Shown: in pieces, positions 20,687 through 38,231 of the stretch
Position numbering within the stretch: the first letter of the stretch is position 1
Layout: every line of letters begins with the position of its first letter
Origin: the human T2T-CHM13v2.0 reference genome, Homo sapiens
Assembly: GCF_009914755.1 (NCBI RefSeq)
Contig: NC_060935.1
Strand: one strand, 5' to 3'
Length of the DNA: 64,000 nt
Program-made: the position numbers and the translations under genes
Notes under the pieces: model-generated
The model's input: only the letters and a program-made list of their open reading frames with translations
Database searches by the model: none
What the model was told of the DNA's origin: nothing

Positions 20687-21184
20687 TGAGGGATCTCACG
20701 ACTTGGTGGGCTCCTGGGACATGATCCCTTCTCCCCATCTGATAAGCTCAGGAGGAGCCTAGAAATATACAGGGTCTTTGTCTAGGGGACATTAAAAGAC
20801 AGGTGTGGTGGACAGAAGGCAGTGGCCAAGGCTTCAGGATGCCTTGTATCTAGTGTGGCTCCCCCACTGCATGATGGCAGGCAGGCAGGCCGGCCACGGA
20901 ACTCCCATGTCTCAAACACCATTATCCACAGATTGGCAAAACTTGTATCCTACCTGATAGGAGGGAATAAATAATGCTAAAAATCTGGTTCTGCAAGCAC
21001 AAATACTGCAAATGGTTTTCTCTCATCCTTTCAATCCTGTGACTTGTGTTTACATTTATGCCAATGTGCTTTTAAAACAACATGGCTGTGTTGCTGGGTG
21101 TTTACACTTGAGAAAACGTATGTAAAAGTTTGTTGTAAAATTGTGAAGCCAAATGCCCCTTTGCTGTTCTATGATTAATGGCTT

Positions 21185-21292
21185 GGCCTTCTAGACTGTG
21201 AGCTCCTGGGCAGGGACCAGGTTGTATTGACTTTGTTTTCCAAGTGTCCTGCCTGGGGCCTGGCACATAGTAGGTGCTCAATAAATGTTTCT
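21185..21292 (+). mobile_element. L2 3' terminus
   Basis: ctagactgtgagctcctgggcagggac...gcctggcacatagtaggtgctcaataaatgttt. Confidence 0.85.
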
Positions 21293-21899
21293 CGAGTGCC
21301 CTCTGAGTGTGTATTCCTGTGTGACATTTTTCTAGTGCATGTTGGTCCCTGGAGTGTGGTTCTCAGCACAGGGTGGTTGCTACAGTGACTGTGCAGGGTG
21401 GGAACTTCATCCCCACATTGTGGCCAATAGGGGTCTCCCCAGCCTCAGCCAGGGCCCTGGGGACTATGTGAGTGTGTGTGGCCAGCAGCTGTGTGTGGCA
21501 CCTCTGGGCTTCCAGGAAAGAGTTGGAGAAAGTGGGGCTGAGGATATGACTCCAGCCCAGGCTGGAAGGACCTTACTGACGGATTGCCCAGGGCTTTCCT
21601 ACTCCACACCGGCTTGGAGTCCGTGACGCTGGTCCTGCATCCTGGTGCAACACCAGGGAAGCTCTGCACGAATGTCGGTGACTCTCAGGGCTGGTGGTGG
21701 CACCTTCATCCATGTGGTGCTGTGGCCCAACCATGTGTTTGGTTGAAGAAGTTGGGGAAGAGGGTGCCGCTGCCCCTGACTGCTGAGCCACACACCCATT
21801 TCCTGACTTCCCAGACCTCCTTGGCTCTCTGAAGCCAGCCACCTCCTGCCCTCCCAGCTGCCTTCCATGGGATCCAGGTGTGGGAGATCTTTTTGGATA

Positions 21900-23729
<1,830 letters not shown>

Positions 23730-24546
23730 TGAGACAAGGGAACAGTCACCCCTGCCCTCCTTGAAGAGAAACTGGAGCATGTGGGAGTGTGAATGGGAAT
23801 GGGGGACACTGGCTGGGCCCCTGCCGCACCCCAGTGGTGGCACTGGTCTGGTCCAGGCCTTGAGGCTTTCTAGCAGATGCTCCTGCAATCTGAGCTTCCT
23901 GTTTCTCTGCAGAAAATGCGGCAGTCACCCCCACCTCCACCCCACACACAGCTGGGCTGCTGTGTGGCTCAAATGAGACTCTGCATTTGGGGCCCTTTGT
24001 AAACTGTAAAATCCTGCACACCCCTAAGGTGTGGTAGAAGATGGGGGCTGGGATGGGAGAGGGTCTCTAATGGGCTTGCAGACCCTCTCTGCCATCGGAG
24101 TCTCTTGGGAGGGGGGCACCCTACTGAGGCTGCTTGCAGGTGCAGGGACAGGGAAGGGACTGCAACACCTCCTGGGGTGTCTGCCTTCCTACCTCCCTGG
24201 AGCCAGGTGCCTCAGCCCAGAGCCATCATGCCACCAAATTTGCTCAGTCCCTTTCTCCCCTAGAGAGAACACCCTCATTCTCAGGACAAATGTACCAGCG
24301 TCCAGGAAGGAAGAGGAGCCAGCCTTTGGGTTCCCAACACCAATGTCAATGGCTTGGATCTCCTCCAGCCCCACATCTGGTGGGGGTGGGCAGAGGAAGC
24401 AGGAAAAGCAGGTGTGTGATGGGAGATGGGGTAACCACCCTGTGTTGCTTAGATCACACAAGCATCAGTGAAGGACCCCATGGGCAGGCACTGTTAGAAA
24501 CTATGGGGTACAGACAGGACACCTACCCTGGCTTCATCACAGATCA

Positions 24547-25256
<710 letters not shown>

Positions 25257-25662
25257 TAATATTTAGAGACAGGGTCTCACTCTGTTGCCCAGGCTGGAGT
25301 GCAGTGGTGTGATCATAGCTCACTGCAGCCTCGACCTCCCAGGCTCAGGTATAATCCTCCTACCTCAGCCTCCTGAGTACCTGGGACTACTGGCAAATTT
25401 TTTGTATTTTTTGTAGAGACGGGGGTTTGCCATGTTGCCCAGACTGCTCTCGAACTCTTTAGCTCAAGCAATTCATTCACCCACCTCAGCCTCTCAAAGT
25501 GCAGAGATTATAGGCATGAGTCACCATGCCGGGTCAGGCCTTAATTTTTTTAAGAAAAGGGCTAGGTGCCATGGCTCACGCCTGTAATCCCAGCACTTTG
25601 GGAGGCCGAGGTGGGCAGATCATGAGGTCAGGAGTTTGAGACCAGCCTGGCCAATATGATTA

Positions 25663-25874
<212 letters not shown>

Positions 25875-25904
25875 TTAAAATTTGAAATGTTTTTAAATTT
25901 AAAA

Positions 25905-26380
25905 TTTTTGACACATTTTATTCAGATAGTAGTCTGATCACATATGGTCTAAGAACAGTCAAATCATAAATCAAATATAAATCAAATGTTAAAGATGGAT
26001 CTTCAAACATTGTAGCCAGTGATGCCACACTCACCTATGATCTCTGTGACATAAAACCACATCCACACCCCAGTGACCTCTGAAACATTCAACACAGCTT
26101 CCTTGACTGTGAGCTGTTTGAAGCTACCAGTTTGAGCGCTATTGACTTTTTTTTCCAGGCCCTGAATAACTCTAGGGATCTCAGCAGGGTTTGGAGGAAC
26201 CAACTCCACCTCGGCGTAGTACTGAAATGTGGCCAATCAAGGCTTCAACTGAGTCACAGCAGCGTTCACCAGTACCAGGGCCTTCTCTGGCGAGGTGGTG
26301 GACAAATCAGGTCATGGTTCTAGGATGGAAAGTCTGTCGCCCCGAAGGGCCCGCTGAATGCCAACACCTCCCGGCAGTTT
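25905..26380 (-). pseudogene. Processed pseudogene of ATP5MG (ATP5L, ATP synthase subunit g)
   Basis: Intronless copy. ATG at 26315 reads ATG ACC TGA, followed by a 1-nt insertion and a second TGA, then LATFQYYAEVELVPPNPAEIPRVIQGLEKKVNSAQTGSFKQLTVKEAVLN...GYNV* ending at 26003 (313 nt vs 312 expected). 5'UTR-like leader, 3'UTR and AATAAA (25922-25917) are retained. Confidence 0.93.
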
Positions 26381-26399
26381 TACTCTCTGTGTGTGTTTT

Positions 26400-27562
<1,163 letters not shown>

Positions 27563-27861
27563 TTGCAGATTTAGAGAGGGGGTAAATGTGTGGCAATAAT
27601 TCATCTTTGAGGAGAACTAGGAGGGTTCATGGATTTGAGTAGGTGAGATTTGAACTGGATCTTGAAGTGGTTCTGGAAGCTGAGGTGGATGATGGGCAAT
27701 CATCTATCAGCTTGACCAAAGGCATGGAAGTGAGAGAGACTGGCAGCGGGGTAGGAGTTAGGGAGAAGTGTGATCAGTGATAGTTGGAGAGGTTATTGTA
27801 AGGCAATGTGAGGCCAGATTGAGCAAAGTTTTAAATGCAGGCTAAAGGCTTTTCCTACAGC

Positions 27862-28338
<477 letters not shown>

Positions 28339-29949
28339 CCTATAACCAGTGAGGGAGCTGGTGATAGCTTTCTAGCAGAGCAGAGATGTTATTGGAGCTG
28401 GACTTTGGGAAGATTATTCTGACATGTCTGGTGCAGTAGGTTGGAGGGAGTCTAGGCGGGGAGACAAGCTCAGCAGCCTTGTGCAAAGCTAGCAAGGAAG
28501 AGAAAGGATAGGTAGGGTAGGGGTTGGGGATGAAGGTCAAAGGGCAGGGGTGAGGCAGGGGTTAGAGCTAGAGTGAGAAGCTTGGAGAAGATGGAGTCTA
28601 TTTAGACGAGAGTGTGGACCAGGGAGAGACTGCTGGAACACCAACCACCAACTGCTTCCTCTCTCTTTTCCCTGCTTTCCAGACCCTGGCATTAGAGGTG
28701 ATACCAGGCACAGGAATCAGCAACGTGTCTCCCTTTGGCCACCAGAGGGCAGATGATTCTCAAGGATCGAATTTGGGTTGGGGAGTGAGGTGTTCTCTGT
28801 CCTCCTCTTCTCTCTTTCCCTCACCTTCATGGGTGTGCCTTCACCTTCTTCCTCAACGGTTGGGTGCCTGAATAGAGCTGGTATGGGGCATGGGGAGCAG
28901 TGCTGAAGTCCCAGGATTTACTAAGAGTGTAGTGATACCTGTTGCCTTAGGAAGTACTTTCATACCCTGGTAATTACATCTGCTCAGATGCCTATTTCTC
29001 TGATTGATGGGATGAAGGCTGGCTCAAGATGCTGTAGCTGGGAGTTGGAGGTCAAGTAGCAGGGGTCCAATCAGCAGTTTTCCCAATAACTCCTGGAGCC
29101 TCTCTGCTCCTGTACCTTTGGGAACCTGTTGCCTGAGTCTGGTTTCTGACTCCTGCGGGGCCTCTGCCTCCTGCCCACCTTAAGCCACTGATGGGAGGGT
29201 GTGGTTCCAACGTGTTCCAGGTACTATGGGTGAGGACAGCTTGGCGCTGGGGAAATCAGCCCAGGATACTCCCTGTCCTTGGTAACGCAGTGTAAGGGGA
29301 AGTGAGGAATGGACTGCAGTTGCCATACAGACTTCCTGTTAGTCAAGGGCTCTCCAAAGCTGAGAAGGACCTCCGAGTTCATGAATCCAATGGCTTCACT
29401 TTACTGATGGGGAAAATGAGGCCCAGAGGAGGAAAGAAAAGAAACTTTAAATGCCTTATCTTGCAGAGGCATTTTAAAAGGTAACTGGAATTCAGAAATG
29501 TCATTTTGAATGTCAACGCAGGAGCAAAGGCAAAGGAAAGAGGAGCCTAAACTCAGTGATGTTATGTGATTTTTCCAAGATCACGCAGCATTGGCACTTG
29601 GCAGAGCTGGGGCTGAAATGCAGGGCCCTGGACGCTCCCGCATCCGGTGCAGAGGACGCTGCCCTGGGCCTGCCTGGGGCCTTGCCGAGCCCTGCGGACT
29701 AGATGCGGGAATGCACGGATGAATCCACAGAAGCCAAGATAGACGGTGGCAGACAGGCAATAGACTGATGCTGCATTTGACAGGTATATTGATAGGCTAG
29801 ATGATAAAAAGAAGATGAATTTTATGAGCTGACCGACAGATGGACAGAAATGCAGACAGGAAGCTGCTATAGAACCAGAGGATGCCAATCACAGGGACGG
29901 CTAACAATCTTGTTTTGTATTTAGTCAAATCACAAGCACAGACAGGTGA

Positions 29950-31400
29950 CCCACGCTTCCTGTTCAAGGTTTGAAAATGCCCGAAAACTGACGGAAAGAC
30001 ACGAAGCGAATCAGACTCCGAGAGCCACCCGGGGAAACGACCGGGTGCTCGGAGGGCCTCGGGTGTTGCCGGAAATGGCCGACGACCGCCCTCGGCAGGG
30101 CTGTGGGAGGGGGCGTGGCCGGCTCAGCACGCGGAGCAGCTTCGGGTATTTCCGGAAACTGCCGAAAGCCCCCTTGAAGTGGGCGGGGAAAGGCCGGTGG
30201 GCGTGGCTGGATGGCCGTGGACGGGGGCGGGGGGTAGGCACCCGGGGTCGCTTCGTGGATTTCCGTAAACAGAGCCGAAGCTTCGTCTTCGGAATCGAGG
30301 AGGAGAGCGCGTCCCCGGGGTTTACCTTCTTCGGCTGTTTCCGGAATTCACCCGTAGTCTGTGGCCGGGAGGAGAAGGCGCGCCCCACCTCCCGTTTCTA
30401 GCCGCTTCGGATGTTTCCGGCTGCTGCCGGCGAAAAGAGCCGAGGGCCGGCGGTGGTGGCGGCCATGTTGGGAGCAGCAGGTCCGGCGGCGGCTGCCTGT
30501 GTGCCGGGCGCGGAGCAGTGCCGCTGAGGGCAGGGGAGGAGCGAGGCAGGCGGCCGGCTGCGGCGGCAGAGAGTAGGCGGAGCGGCGCGGCCCGGCCGAA
30601 AGGCGGCACAGCCCAGCCGGGGGTCGGGGGGGTGCGGTCCGGAGCCGCTCGGAGCCGGCGCGGCCTAGCCCGAGCGGCGCATCCCCGGGCTGGCGTGAGC
30701 GGCTGCCCGGCCTCCCCGCACCCCCGGCCGGGGCCCATGCGGCGGGTGCTCCTGCTGTGAGAAGCCCCGCCCGGCCGGGCTCCGCGCCTTCCCTTCCCTC
30801 CCTTCCTCCAAGCTTCTCGGTTCCCTCCCCCGAGATACCGGCGCCATGTCCAGCGCTCGGACCCCCCTACCCACGCTGAACGAGAGGGACACGGAGCAGG
30901 TAAGGAGCCCCGAGGGCTCCCCGAATTCTCTGGCTGGGCCCTTTGCACCTTGCGGAGCCTCCTCCCTCTTCTGCTCTCCTCGTGCCCCTGCTGCCATCCT
31001 GCAAGCCTCGGCTGCCCTGTCATCCGGCTCCTGGCTCCGGCTCCGCACATCCCGCTTCCGAGTCCTGACCTGGGACCCACCTCGTCCTGACTCCAAGCTG
31101 CACACTTGTCTTTCTGCCAACCCCCGTCTCCCCTCACCGCCCTCCTGCGCTCTTCCGTGTCACCTCCCCAGCTTCCCTTTCTCTTCCCTTTTTCTCTCAG
31201 GGGCCTTTCTGGTCTTCCTCCACCCACGCTTAAAGCAGCCACCCTCCCGCTCCTCGAATAGCAGCACCCCGCGATTTGCCACAGATCGTTGTCCACCTCT
31301 CCCTTCGTCTCTCCTGCCTCGCTTCCCCTCCGCCCGCACCGGTTCTGCCAGTCTCTGGGTTATCACCCTCAGGGTCCTTGCCCTGGACTGCGCTCTCGAT
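29950..31400. promoter_or_regulatory. MARK2: CpG island and TATA-less promoter of MARK2
   Basis: CpG-dense; several ETS-type CCGGAA/TTCCGG cores (30069, 30149-30158, 30339-30346, 30415-30420), GC boxes and a YY1-like GCGGCCATGTTG at 30459-30470. Confidence 0.9.
30846..30899 (+). CDS. MARK2: MARK2 (PAR-1b serine/threonine kinase) first coding exon
   Basis: gccATGt start; MSSARTPLPTLNERDTEQ is the recognised MARK2 N-terminus; consensus donor CAG|GTAAGG, phase 0. Confidence 0.93.
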
Positions 31401-33412
31401 CCCTGGCCCCTTGCAGTTCCCCCAGCTTTTTCTACCCTGCTTCTTCGTTTTCCAAATTGTGCTCTCCCTCTTGCTTGCAACCCACCAGCTCCACCCTCAT
31501 CACCTTTCCAAATCCTTCGCCTACTCTTTGCTCATCACTTTCCCTTCTTTGCTCCAGGAGCTCCCTGGATCCTGGCGCTGGCATTTGTCGCTTCCGTGTT
31601 TCCCCACAGCTGTCATGCGCATAGTTTTCCCACAGGTTGCGTTTGGGGTTCCAATCATCACTCCCTTCAGAGTCTTTGGATCCCTCTTGTTCTCTTCCCC
31701 TCGGGTTTGGCTTTTAGGTCCCTGGGCCTCTTGTTTCTCTCTGTGAGTGTTCTACCAGCCTTCTACTGGGCTCTTTCTCCCAACCCAAAGACACTTGGCC
31801 CCACCGTATTAACACAACCTGTTGCTCAGTCCTTTCCCAGACCTCGCTGCATCACAGTTTTTGCCTTTCTGTCTTCGTACGCTGGAACACAAACCATGAT
31901 GACTTTCTGTGTCTTCACTCCCGTGCCTGGCACTTAGAGTATTTTCTTTCTTGCTTGTTGCCTTCCTGTTTCTCCACCCTCACCCCATCTTCCTTACTGT
32001 GCCTTTTAATCAGCGTTGCCTTTCATCTCCGCATTAGTCTCCTGCCTTCTTCATGTCCTGTGTATCCCCACACCGTGCTTGGATCCATTCTGTTCCTATT
32101 GGCTAAGTCTCTGTAATGCCCAGGAAGTCCAGGTGTTTTGCATGCTAGTTTCTTGAGCTACACCTCAGCCTCACGACTCTACACGGTCCCCCTCATCCTG
32201 GCAGTCACTGCTATGTTTTTCACCCAAGTCTTAGCCTTTCTGTGTCATCTCACTTTTGATCCCAGAGACGTCCACTTTCCACACCTCCCCTTTATTTCAC
32301 CATCTCTAGCGTCCTTTGCTGACTGCTCTGTGCAGAGTCCCCTGCCTGTCATACCTTTCTTGGTGGAGAACTTTACTAGGCCAAAAAAACTTGACTTGAA
32401 AAAGAAGTGCTTCTGCCCCGGGGCTGCTGTGCTTTTTGCCTTCTTTCCCCTCCTTCCATCCTTTATGTTTCCCTCTTACTCCCTTCTTTCTTTGTAGCCC
32501 GGTAGAGCAGTTGTTGTATTCTCTTGCATGTGAACATTCTTCTTTGAAAAATCTTACCTCCTTTCTTTTACTGTGTTTTTCTATTTTGTTACCCCCTGGC
32601 CCTCTGTCACCTGGGCAGTTAGGAACTAAAGAGAAGTTCTAGGCAGAGTTTTTCTCTGCAGGGTTGACCCTTTTATTACTTGTGGATTATTTGCTTCTGG
32701 GGGTGAAATAGGGGTTGAGAGGGAGGGATGGTTGATTTCCATTTCATCACTGGGTTTGGCAGCTGGTTCTGCATGGGACAGGGGTCTTTGGAGACAGAGG
32801 AGCATGTTCTGTGTCTCGCAGTCTTTCTCTCCCTTGCCTACCGGCTGTTTCTCTCTCCTTACTGGGAATTGCTTTCTCTGGGCCCTCTTGAGGTTGCTTA
32901 TTCCACCCATTTTCCTCTCACAACCTTTGTTTTAGCAGGTAAACCCTGCTTAACCAGAGAACTTTCCCAGACTGTTGATCGTGAGCTGGTAGGAGGAGGC
33001 CAAGTGACTGACTGGCACCCTCAGGCATTTGGGGAGTGGCGATGGAGTGCCTACTCTCAGTGAGGCTGGTGGGGGGCATTGTGTTCAGCAGAGCAGAGTA
33101 ACAGACTGCCTCAGTGTGGTTTCTTTGTGCTGCTTACTACATGTAAATGTATTATTGCCATGGTATTTTTCCTGTGATGTGTGTGTTGATTTCCTTTCTT
33201 CCTTACATGCCTAGCATACTGCTGAGCATATAGTAGGAATTCCACCGTAGTGTGCATCCACTGATTCCATGATAGCAGCAATCAGTGACCATTTGGGAAT
33301 GTAAGTAAGCTCTTTGCTCTTTGATAACTTTGCCCAGAGCAGTAGCTGCATACATTGTCATCCTGTTAGGATTATTAATTACCCATCCTATTTCTACTCT
33401 TTATGGACTTAG

Positions 33413-33825
<413 letters not shown>

Positions 33826-36800
33826 TGAGCCACTGCGCCGGGCCTGATTCCTGTATTCTTTAAAACGGGAAAAAAGACAAGCAGCAGCTCCTCAGGTCAC
33901 AAGGCCAGGTATATCAAACACTGGCCTCTGAGAATAGATCATGCCACCAAGTGAAAGAAACCTCTTCTTGGTCCTGTTGTGATTTTAGATAAAGTAGTCA
34001 TGGAAGCTTGGTCATTACTATAGTCTTAATGTTATTTTTTTTAAAAAGGGGATTTAGTTGGGCTGATTTCCTCCCCTAAAGGTCCTCTGTCACCTTATTT
34101 AAATTTAAAACTGGTTTTACCAGAAAATAGGTAAACAAACACCACTGGTTGTCTCCAGTCTCTTTTCTTGCTCTTCCTCTCCCTCTTCTTTAAAAATGTG
34201 GCTGATGAGAACCTGTTTCCAGGAGCCCTTTAATCACTCTGAAACACACAGACACTGAAAATGTTGAAGCATAAAAATAAACCTTGCGTTACAGGGAGAT
34301 TGCCTGTGTGCTGTCCACTTCGCTTATAACAGTGAAAGTAGGAGATTAAAAAAAAAAAAAAGTTAAGCCCTGTCTTTAAGATGGTTTTTGTGACACCTGA
34401 TTCCAGATGTGCTTTTTCACAGCCATAGACTTCCTGCTTTTGCAGAAGGAGGGTTCTAATCTGGGGCTCGTAGCTTGGGGGATTCTTAGTTTGTGAGCTG
34501 AGCTTTTTGTTCACTTCTTTTCCAAATGACTCTGCTGGCCTGAAGCTTGGCAGTTGTGAAAGCAATCAGCAAGATGACTGTTTGTCTTCCAGCCAGCAGC
34601 AGCAGTCACAGGCAAGCCTGGAGAAAGGTCCAGCTTCCAGAGTTCACCTGCTAGAGTTTTCCATAACACCTGGGGGAGAGGCTACTCCATCTGGGACCTG
34701 CCCCACCTCTGGGCCTCAGAAACTATGAGAGAGGGATTGAGAGAAAACTTGCCCCACTTCTGCTGCAGTGGGAAGGGAGGGGGCTGCTGTCAGGCTTCTA
34801 GGCAGTGAGCGGCATTGTTTATTCTCTCAGTTCTAGGAAGGGGAGTTTAGAAGTACTGGTGAAGAAAACAAAGTTACAAGATCCTATAAGGAACAGCTGA
34901 ACTACTCCAAACACTCTCACTGGACCCCCATTGTTGATTCTGGATAAAAATATATATATATATAAAACTCTTTTTTTTTTTGACACAGAGTCTTGCTCTG
35001 TCGCCCAGGCTGGAGTGTAGCGATGCGATCTCGGCTCACTGCAACCTCCGCCTCCCGGGTCAAGCGATTCTCCTGCCTCAGCCTCCTGGGAGTAGCTGGG
35101 ACTACAGGCGCCCACCACCATGCTGGCTAATTTTTGTATTTTTAGTAGAGACGGGGTTTTGCCATATTGGCCAAGCTGGTCTCGATCTCCTGACCTCAGG
35201 TGATCTGCTGGATAAATATTTTTTTTTTGCTTTTGGTGTAACTTAGGTAGATTGGATCGGCTAGCTAGCATCTCAGTCCACACTCTGAGCTGTGCAGCAG
35301 TGTGCCCTGGTGCTAATTCTCACTCTGTCCTTTGATTCTGGCCAGGGGGTCCTTGGTGGTGCTGCCTTCTGGTCAGGAATGTGGGTGAATGTCAGACCAA
35401 ATAGTGTCACTTTCGGCTTGGCCCTAGAGATCAGGAAGGAAGTGTTGTTAGAGCAAGGGCTTTGGGAGTCCTTGGAGTTCGTAACCTTTGAATCTGAAAA
35501 GTAACTGTACCTAGTAAATTAGAATAATTTCTCTCTGGTCAGGCACCATGGCTCATGCCTGTAGTCCTAGCACTTTGGGAAGCCAAGGCAGGAGGATTGC
35601 TTGAGGCCAGGAGTTCAAGACCAGCCTGATCAATAAAGTGAGACTCCATCTCTACAAAAAAATTTTTTTAAATTTAGCTGGGCATGGTGGCACATGCCTG
35701 TGGTTGCAGCTACACAGAAGGCTGAGGCAGGAGGATGGCTTGAGCTGGGGAGGTCGAGACTGCATTGAGCTGTGTTTGTGCCACTGCACTTCAGCCTGGG
35801 TGACAGAGCAAGACACTATCTCAGAAAAAAAAAATTACTTTTCTCCAATTTATGGACTTCGGAAAGTAGCTAAACAGATGGATATAAGACAGTTGTTGAA
35901 ACTCGGCCTGCTGCAGATTAAAATAAAGTTTGCACAAGGATAACTTAATCTTTCAGACCAACCAAAGTTTGGGCTGGAGATTTTTCTCAGCATAAATGTC
36001 CTAAGCAGAGTTGGTGCCTATGAGGTAGGAAAAGATTGAGACTTTGCTTGCCTAAGAGGTTTGCAGGGTTCGAGCTTTTGGGAGTCAGAACTTCTCAGAC
36101 TAGATTGTTTCCCCTTTGGACAGAACAACCCAATTCTCAGTGGGCATTTGATCAGGACTAACCCAGGCCTTCATGAACTCTTTCCCATTGAGCACTTAGC
36201 CACCTGGCTGGCATTTCTCTTCTCCCAGGAGCTTCCATGAGGTTCCTACTTATGTATTATGTCGACTTGAATGAATATTTTATGTCTAGAGTGCAGCCAA
36301 GCCTCAGACTTTGTGGCCCATTATCGACAAATGGGGTAGGGGGTGGGCGCCACCTTTGGCCCCGTGATAGCTTCTCTGCTAAATGGACTCCCCCCAGCAG
36401 CACTTTGAAGCCCATTAATGGATTGGAATGAAGTAACCTCAGCAGATGGAAAGGGTGAGGAGGGTGGTCATCTTCCTTCCCTGAGACTGCCTGATGAGGC
36501 TTTCCTACAGTAACCAGGACAAGCCCCTATTCCCTCTGCTTGGTTAAGCTGTGGACTGGAGCTACTAGGCCTCTGCTTTGAGAGGAAGTATAGAAAGGAT
36601 TTGATTCTCTTTTAGCCATGGTGGGGCCGCCAGTTTCCCCACTTTCCCATCAAAGCAAAAATTGAGAAGGATGTGGAAAGGGTGGGTGGAGTTTAAAGCT
36701 GGCCCTTCCTCCTTCAGTGGAAGTTCAGCAAAATGACAAACCAGATAGGTGGCTAAATTTCCTTCTCTTGATGGGAGATTCCAGTATTTGTACGTTTTGT

Positions 36801-37056
36801 GCTTGTAGCTTGGATTCTCCAGGCCTCCTCCCAGCTTTCATCAAACATGAGTGAGTCACTGAAGTGTTGTCTATGCATTTTCTCCCTTCTGTCTCTGCAA
36901 AGGGAAGAGTAAGCCTTTACAAACCTGTGGGGGAGGAAGTCACCCTCTTCCCACTGCTGGAGAGCCAGGCTATCCCCAGGTTAACCCTGAAAGTGCTAAC
37001 TCCTGAGCAGAATGTTACTGCCACCCGCCCCCTTCCTTTTTGTTATAGGCCATTGA

Positions 37057-37386
<330 letters not shown>

Positions 37387-37578
37387 TAGTACAGCTGATT
37401 CTAAACAGCACCCAGAGAGAATCTGGCCTCTTGATTTCCAGTTGTGTCTCAGAGGAGGAGGCATCCCAGTTCCTCCTCTTGCCCTCTAGACATCTCCTCC
37501 TCTGATAAGTATAAATAGGCTAGATCCCTTTATCTTCATATCTGTTTTTGTCTGGAATGTTTCAAGTTTCTCAAGCTA

Positions 37579-37818
<240 letters not shown>

Positions 37819-37932
37819 TGAATAGCTGAGATTACAGGTGTACGCCACTGTACCCCGCTAATTTTTGTATTTTTAGTAGAGATGGGGTTTCACCATGTTG
37901 GTCAGGCTGGCCTTGAACTCATGACCTCGTGA

Positions 37933-38231
<299 letters not shown>

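Noticed and set aside
21191-21209. Sequence resembling mature miR-28-3p/miR-151-3p
   Set aside because: A single L2 3' end with no adjacent inverted partner to form a pre-miRNA hairpin; kept only as a possible target site.
29946-31296. Antisense 324-aa and other ORFs across the MARK2 promoter
   Set aside because: GC-rich artefacts with R/G/P/A bias and no recognisable domain.
30846-31937. 363-aa ORF starting at the MARK2 ATG
   Set aside because: Only the first 18 codons are exon; the rest reads through a consensus donor into a pyrimidine-rich intron and has low-complexity composition.
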